Of a DNA stretch of 64,000 bases, positions 60,318 to 64,000 are shown piece by piece. Source of the stretch: Nitrospirota bacterium (GTDB lineage: Bacteria > Nitrospirota > Thermodesulfovibrionia > Thermodesulfovibrionales > Dissulfurispiraceae); assembly GCA_963790025.1 (NCBI GenBank), contig CAWBMP010000004.1:832001-896000 (forward strand), given 5' to 3'. Position numbers and translations under genes: made by a program. Each line of letters begins with the position of its first letter. Position 1 is the stretch's first letter. The notes under the pieces were generated by a model. The model was not told the DNA's origin and made no database searches. It was given only the letters and a program-made list of their open reading frames with translations.

Positions 60318-60498
60318 GGCCCTCCTTCCGTGCTGTGAAAAGAACTGAAAACATGAATATAATAAAGAAATGAAAAGAATATTTCCACTATTTCATTATT
60401 TTATTATTTGATATCTTCCGTTTTGTCTGACGCGTCATGACATAAACAGGCTGCAGACTTCCATACCTGATTCTTAGTACAAAGTAAACATTTTTACT

Positions 60499-60687
60499 CT
60501 AAGCCCACTCCTTGCATTCGAAAGTACAACGGGCCTTTAATTTGACGCATTTGATATACAAGGTATTATTCTTTTTGTCATCCACAAAAGACGATGAGAG
60601 GCATTGAAGAGGGTCCTCACCACAGATTCCCTTCGCCTTCTCCTTCAGCCATTCTTCGGTCAAGTCATTGAGACTCTTATTTTCCAT
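60499..60687 (-). CDS. Small Cys-rich hypothetical protein (62 aa)
   Basis: GGAGGGGG SD; 5 Cys. Confidence 0.6.
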   Translation of the reverse strand: MENKSLNDLTEEWLKEKAKGICGEDPLQCLSSSFVDDKKNNTLYIKCVKLKARCTFECKEWA

Positions 60688-60750
60688 AAGCCCCCCTCCC
60701 GCAGTAAAGACCTCACCACAGTATTTTTGTGGTTGAACACTTTAAAGCGG

Positions 60751-61359
60751 TCATTTTTCAGTAAGCTTCTTCAGGTCGTCGCAGGCATTCTGATTACCCA
60801 TATCGCACGCCTTTTTATAATCAGCCAACGCCTTCCTTATGAGAGCATACCCCCTCGAAGCATAAGCTTCCATAAAAGCCGGCCTTATTGAAAGCGCCTG
60901 GTTGAAATCCGCGACCGCGTCATCATATTGCTCTTTTCTGGAATAAGCAATACCGCGTACCTGATAGGCAGCGGCAAATCTGGGGCTCAGGGAAATGGCC
61001 TTTGTCTCGTCTTCTATCGCTTTGCCGTATAATTCTTTTCTGAAATAAGCAAGGCCCCGTTCATTGTACATATCGGGATCGTCGGATTTGATGAGAATAG
61101 CTTTATTCAAATCCTCGATCGCTTCATCGTATTTACCTAATTTGTTATAGGCCTTGCCGCGATAATAGTAAGGTTCCGGGACCTGAGGGACCAGGGAAAT
61201 TACCTTGCTGTATTCTTTAACGGCACTGGCGTATAGTCCATCATTGTAAAACCTGGTTGCGTCGTCAAAGATAGCTTGTGGATCAGCGCAGAGGATTGAT
61301 GCTGCACTGCAAACTATAAGCAGGGCTGCAGAGAACATCATCGCAAGTAATAGTTTCAT
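60751..61359 (-). CDS. Exported tetratricopeptide repeat protein
   Basis: Signal peptide; repeated Y..RG.AY...Y..A..D...A. Confidence 0.9.
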   Translation of the reverse strand: MKLLLAMMFSAALLIVCSAASILCADPQAIFDDATRFYNDGLYASAVKEYSKVISLVPQVPEPYYYRGKAYNKLGKYDEAIEDLNKAILIKSDDPDMYNERGLAYFRKELYGKAIEDETKAISLSPRFAAAYQVRGIAYSRKEQYDDAVADFNQALSIRPAFMEAYASRGYALIRKALADYKKACDMGNQNACDDLKKLTEK

Positions 61360-61404
61360 GTCTTATTACCTCTTCTTTATTAATGCAATTTATATTACCT
61401 GATT

Positions 61405-62526
61405 TCACCAAAAAATGGTAAGTGGATGGGGTGAGGATTCTGTTGCAATGAGTGACAGGTATTCCTTCGCCAACGCCGGATAGAGCATCGGATTGAACAG
61501 AATGTTGGTCATGAAATAACATTCGTGAGTGCAATAACATTTTTTATCTGTTATTAAACGGATAACGCTCCTCGCTCCATCACTGCGCAACAGCCTTCGA
61601 ACGTCACCGTCATAGTCTCTCACATTTCCCAACTTTTGGTTAAGTATTTCGCATGGAAAGACATCTCCGCACTCGGTCAGCACAAGGTTCAGCCTTCCGG
61701 CGTAACAAGAAATAAGCCTTTTCTTTTCATGCACTGTCCTGTGTATCAGACGGCGCTGCACAATATCCTGGGCCGCTTTGATACGGGCTCCCCTGAACCG
61801 GTATCTTCTGGCGCAACTGTTCTTCAAATCGCTTTCGAGCCGGCCTATCGCACGATTGTAAAGCCCGATGTCGACATTCTTATAATGCCCGTTCATCAGA
61901 TCTCCGCGCACGAGTGAAATCGTATGGGTATTTATATGCTCCAGGTCCTTTACAAAATCGATTATCCCGTCCATGGCCCCCTGATTCTCCGAGCAGAACA
62001 CTGTATTGACACCGAGTTCGAAGTTCGGATACTGCGCAATAAGCTCTCCGAGCATCCTGTATGTCTGCATCGTTTTTTCAAAGCTGCCCGGCGTGTTGCG
62101 CAAGACGTCATGCGCTAGGCCCAGGCCGTCGATGGATAGCTTTACAGCAATTACGCTATTTTTGCAGCACTTCAGTATCTGCTCCGTCCTGGACCTGATG
62201 ACCGCAGGCAGCAGGCCGTTTGTAGGATAAAGCATTATGGCTGGTTTGTTGTTGCTGTAAAATACCCTGCTTATTTCGACAAGATCGTCCCTCAGGTAAA
62301 TTTCGCCACCCGAGAAAGCAAGCCACAGGAGGCTCCCCAGGGAGTGCGAAATTTTTTCAATTTCATTGAGATTGAGTTCCAAGTGAGAGTTCCATCGTTG
62401 CTTGCCTTTCAGATAGAAACAAAAAGGGCATTGTCCATTACATCTGCCGGTCAGAAAAAAAGTGAGATGAATCGGCCTGGTTTTCATGAATATCTGCCCG
62501 ATGTGCCGTGCCGGTGAGTACATCAT
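61405..62526 (-). CDS. Radical SAM protein with SPASM/twitch domain
   Basis: CNGQCPFC, SGGE, CYAG...GDVFPCE...LGN, CYCTHEC. Confidence 0.9.
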   Translation of the reverse strand: MMYSPARHIGQIFMKTRPIHLTFFLTGRCNGQCPFCFYLKGKQRWNSHLELNLNEIEKISHSLGSLLWLAFSGGEIYLRDDLVEISRVFYSNNKPAIMLYPTNGLLPAVIRSRTEQILKCCKNSVIAVKLSIDGLGLAHDVLRNTPGSFEKTMQTYRMLGELIAQYPNFELGVNTVFCSENQGAMDGIIDFVKDLEHINTHTISLVRGDLMNGHYKNVDIGLYNRAIGRLESDLKNSCARRYRFRGARIKAAQDIVQRRLIHRTVHEKKRLISCYAGRLNLVLTECGDVFPCEILNQKLGNVRDYDGDVRRLLRSDGARSVIRLITDKKCYCTHECYFMTNILFNPMLYPALAKEYLSLIATESSPHPLTIFW

Positions 62527-63522
62527 TTATAATAACTTAAATTTACTCCTCAAATATTCTATAACACCAGCAGCCGTACCCGCCCATACGGGCGCAGGAT
62601 AGAGCAGCAGATAATATAGAGCTGCAAGCAGAGAGAACTGAAAACCCCTTGTTTTATAAAATTCAGCGAAAAGCCCCCGGCTTACAAGAAAAGCGAATCC
62701 AACAAAAACTGCCAGAAGGATAAGCCAGATCGTGGAGCCGGTCAGGGCGGAAAGAAGTGAACATGCCAGGCATGCCAGATAGACGATACCATTGATCTTA
62801 AGCTCTTTTGAAGCGGTGCCTGAATCGGTAAGCATATCTCTGTTCATAATCGAGTAGATGATCCAGTATCGCGACTTCCTGTAAGCGTTCAGTATGGACC
62901 GCTTCAACGTGAAATTGAATATATGACGGACCGTGATCTCAGGGTCCATTATCAGCCGGCAGCCTCCCCTATACAGCCGGTGACTGAAATCCACATCTTC
63001 GAGAATGGGCAGGAAGTCTTCTCTGAAGCCGCCCGACTTTCTGAATGTTTCAGCCCAAATTACCATTGCATGCGTTGCTATATAATCCGGTCTGCAGGTG
63101 TTTTTCATTTCCGAATAATGGATGAAAATCGACTGGAAAGTGCTGAAGAAGTTGTTATCATAAGGTATTCGGGTATAAGTGCCGCCGATTACAGTGTCGG
63201 CGCCGGCTTCGGTAATCGCTCTGTTTGCTAAAGACAGGGCATCAATTGATAACAGGCAGTCGGCGTCGGTAAAAAAGAGCACCTCCCCCATGCTGTGCAT
63301 CACCCCCGCGTTCCTTGCTTTTGCAGCGCCTCCATGCGTTTCAAGTTTTACAAGCCTGCAAGGAAACCGTTTTATGATCGCCACTGAATTGTCGCTCGAA
63401 CAGTCATCGATAACAACAACCTCAAAGTTCCCATAATCGGACGCAAAAGCCGCTTCCAGGCATTTGCCGATTGTAGAGCTTCCGTTATGGTTGGGGATGA
63501 TTATAGAGATGAACTTTTCCAC
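62527..63522 (-). CDS. GT2 glycosyltransferase with C-terminal TM helices
   Basis: SIIIPNHN, DDCSSD, ARNAG, FTDAD, GGF, EDVD. Confidence 0.92.
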   Translation of the reverse strand: MEKFISIIIPNHNGSSTIGKCLEAAFASDYGNFEVVVIDDCSSDNSVAIIKRFPCRLVKLETHGGAAKARNAGVMHSMGEVLFFTDADCLLSIDALSLANRAITEAGADTVIGGTYTRIPYDNNFFSTFQSIFIHYSEMKNTCRPDYIATHAMVIWAETFRKSGGFREDFLPILEDVDFSHRLYRGGCRLIMDPEITVRHIFNFTLKRSILNAYRKSRYWIIYSIMNRDMLTDSGTASKELKINGIVYLACLACSLLSALTGSTIWLILLAVFVGFAFLVSRGLFAEFYKTRGFQFSLLAALYYLLLYPAPVWAGTAAGVIEYLRSKFKLL

Positions 63523-63575
63523 AGGCTGATATGAAATTAACGTATCACATCGGGCAGTAACCGGTCAATATGGAC

Positions 63576-63592
63576 GGTAGTGGGCCACTGCC
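63576..63592. mobile_element. 17-bp end-to-end scar of the IS1-like MITE family
   Basis: GGTAGTGGGCCACTGCC flanked by exact 8-bp direct repeat ATATGGAC (63568-63575 and 63593-63600). Confidence 0.7.
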
Positions 63593-63646
63593 ATATGGAC
63601 GGCAACATTGACATGTCCCGCATACTATTGTTATAAATAATATCCT

Positions 63647-64000
63647 ATGATTCAGAAAACTGAAAAAATATGGATGGACGGCAAATTGGTGCCGTGGGAA
63701 CAGGCGAACGTGCATATTATGACGCACACACTGCATTACGGCCTCGGGGCCTTCGAGGGTATCAGGTGTTACAACACGCCCAAAGGACCTGCCATCTTCA
63801 AATTGGATGAGCACATAAAAAGACTCTTCCAATCTGCACATATATTCCTTCTGAACATACCGTTCACGGAACAGGAAATCAGGAAAGCGGTAATCGAGAC
63901 GGTCAGGGCAAACAAACTCAAGGAATGCTATATACGGCCCCTGGTGTATATCGGTTACGGGGCTATGGGACTCTACCCGAAAGACAACCCGATATCCGTG
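63647..64000 (+). CDS. ilvE: Branched-chain amino acid aminotransferase, N-terminal part (runs off window edge)
   Basis: Manual translation [42 protein letters not shown]...YIRPL. Confidence 0.93.
   Translation, partial: MIQKTEKIWMDGKLVPWEQANVHIMTHTLHYGLGAFEGIRCYNTPKGPAIFKLDEHIKRLFQSAHIFLLNIPFTEQEIRKAVIETVRANKLKECYIRPLVYIGYGAMGLYPKDNPISV

Noticed and set aside
60318..60498. c-di-GMP riboswitch upstream of the signalling locus
   Set aside because: No GEMM-like consensus found by eye
1..64000. CRISPR array, tRNA or rRNA genes
   Set aside because: No regularly spaced repeat-spacer array, cloverleaf or rRNA-like sequence seen by eye; no scan was possible

Overview
Bacterial chromosome window. 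The gene content (selB, desulforedoxin, c7-type multiheme cytochrome with NrfD/Fe-S partners, a sigma54 promoter, LarA) suggests an anaerobe, possibly Nitrospirota or Desulfobacterota; this is an inference, not a database result. Housekeeping genes: ferritin, nudC, gdh, greB, ispDF, degP, selB, hisH, uvrD/pcrA, xseAB, ettA, ilvE. Accessory blocks: an ABC-2/HlyD/OMF efflux operon; a Liv-type ABC-LarA-glycerate kinase operon; one intact IS1202-family element with a 17-bp target duplication; a sigma54-driven NrfD/Fe-S/9-heme cytochrome operon. The most striking block is a ~12 kb co-directional signalling locus (60317->48465): orphan substrate-binding protein, AEC transporter, GAF-only protein, Zn-ribbon-PilZ, two histidine kinases with paralogous sensors, REC-GAF-GGDEF, REC-GAF-HD-GYP, second orphan binding protein. 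It reads like a self-contained LuxPQ-style small-molecule to c-di-GMP circuit. The window also carries at least four families of small palindromic or miniature repeats. Two show compensatory changes between copies, and one sits in frame inside a lipoprotein signal peptide. Start codons were adjusted by eye where an SD site supported a different start than the ORF track.
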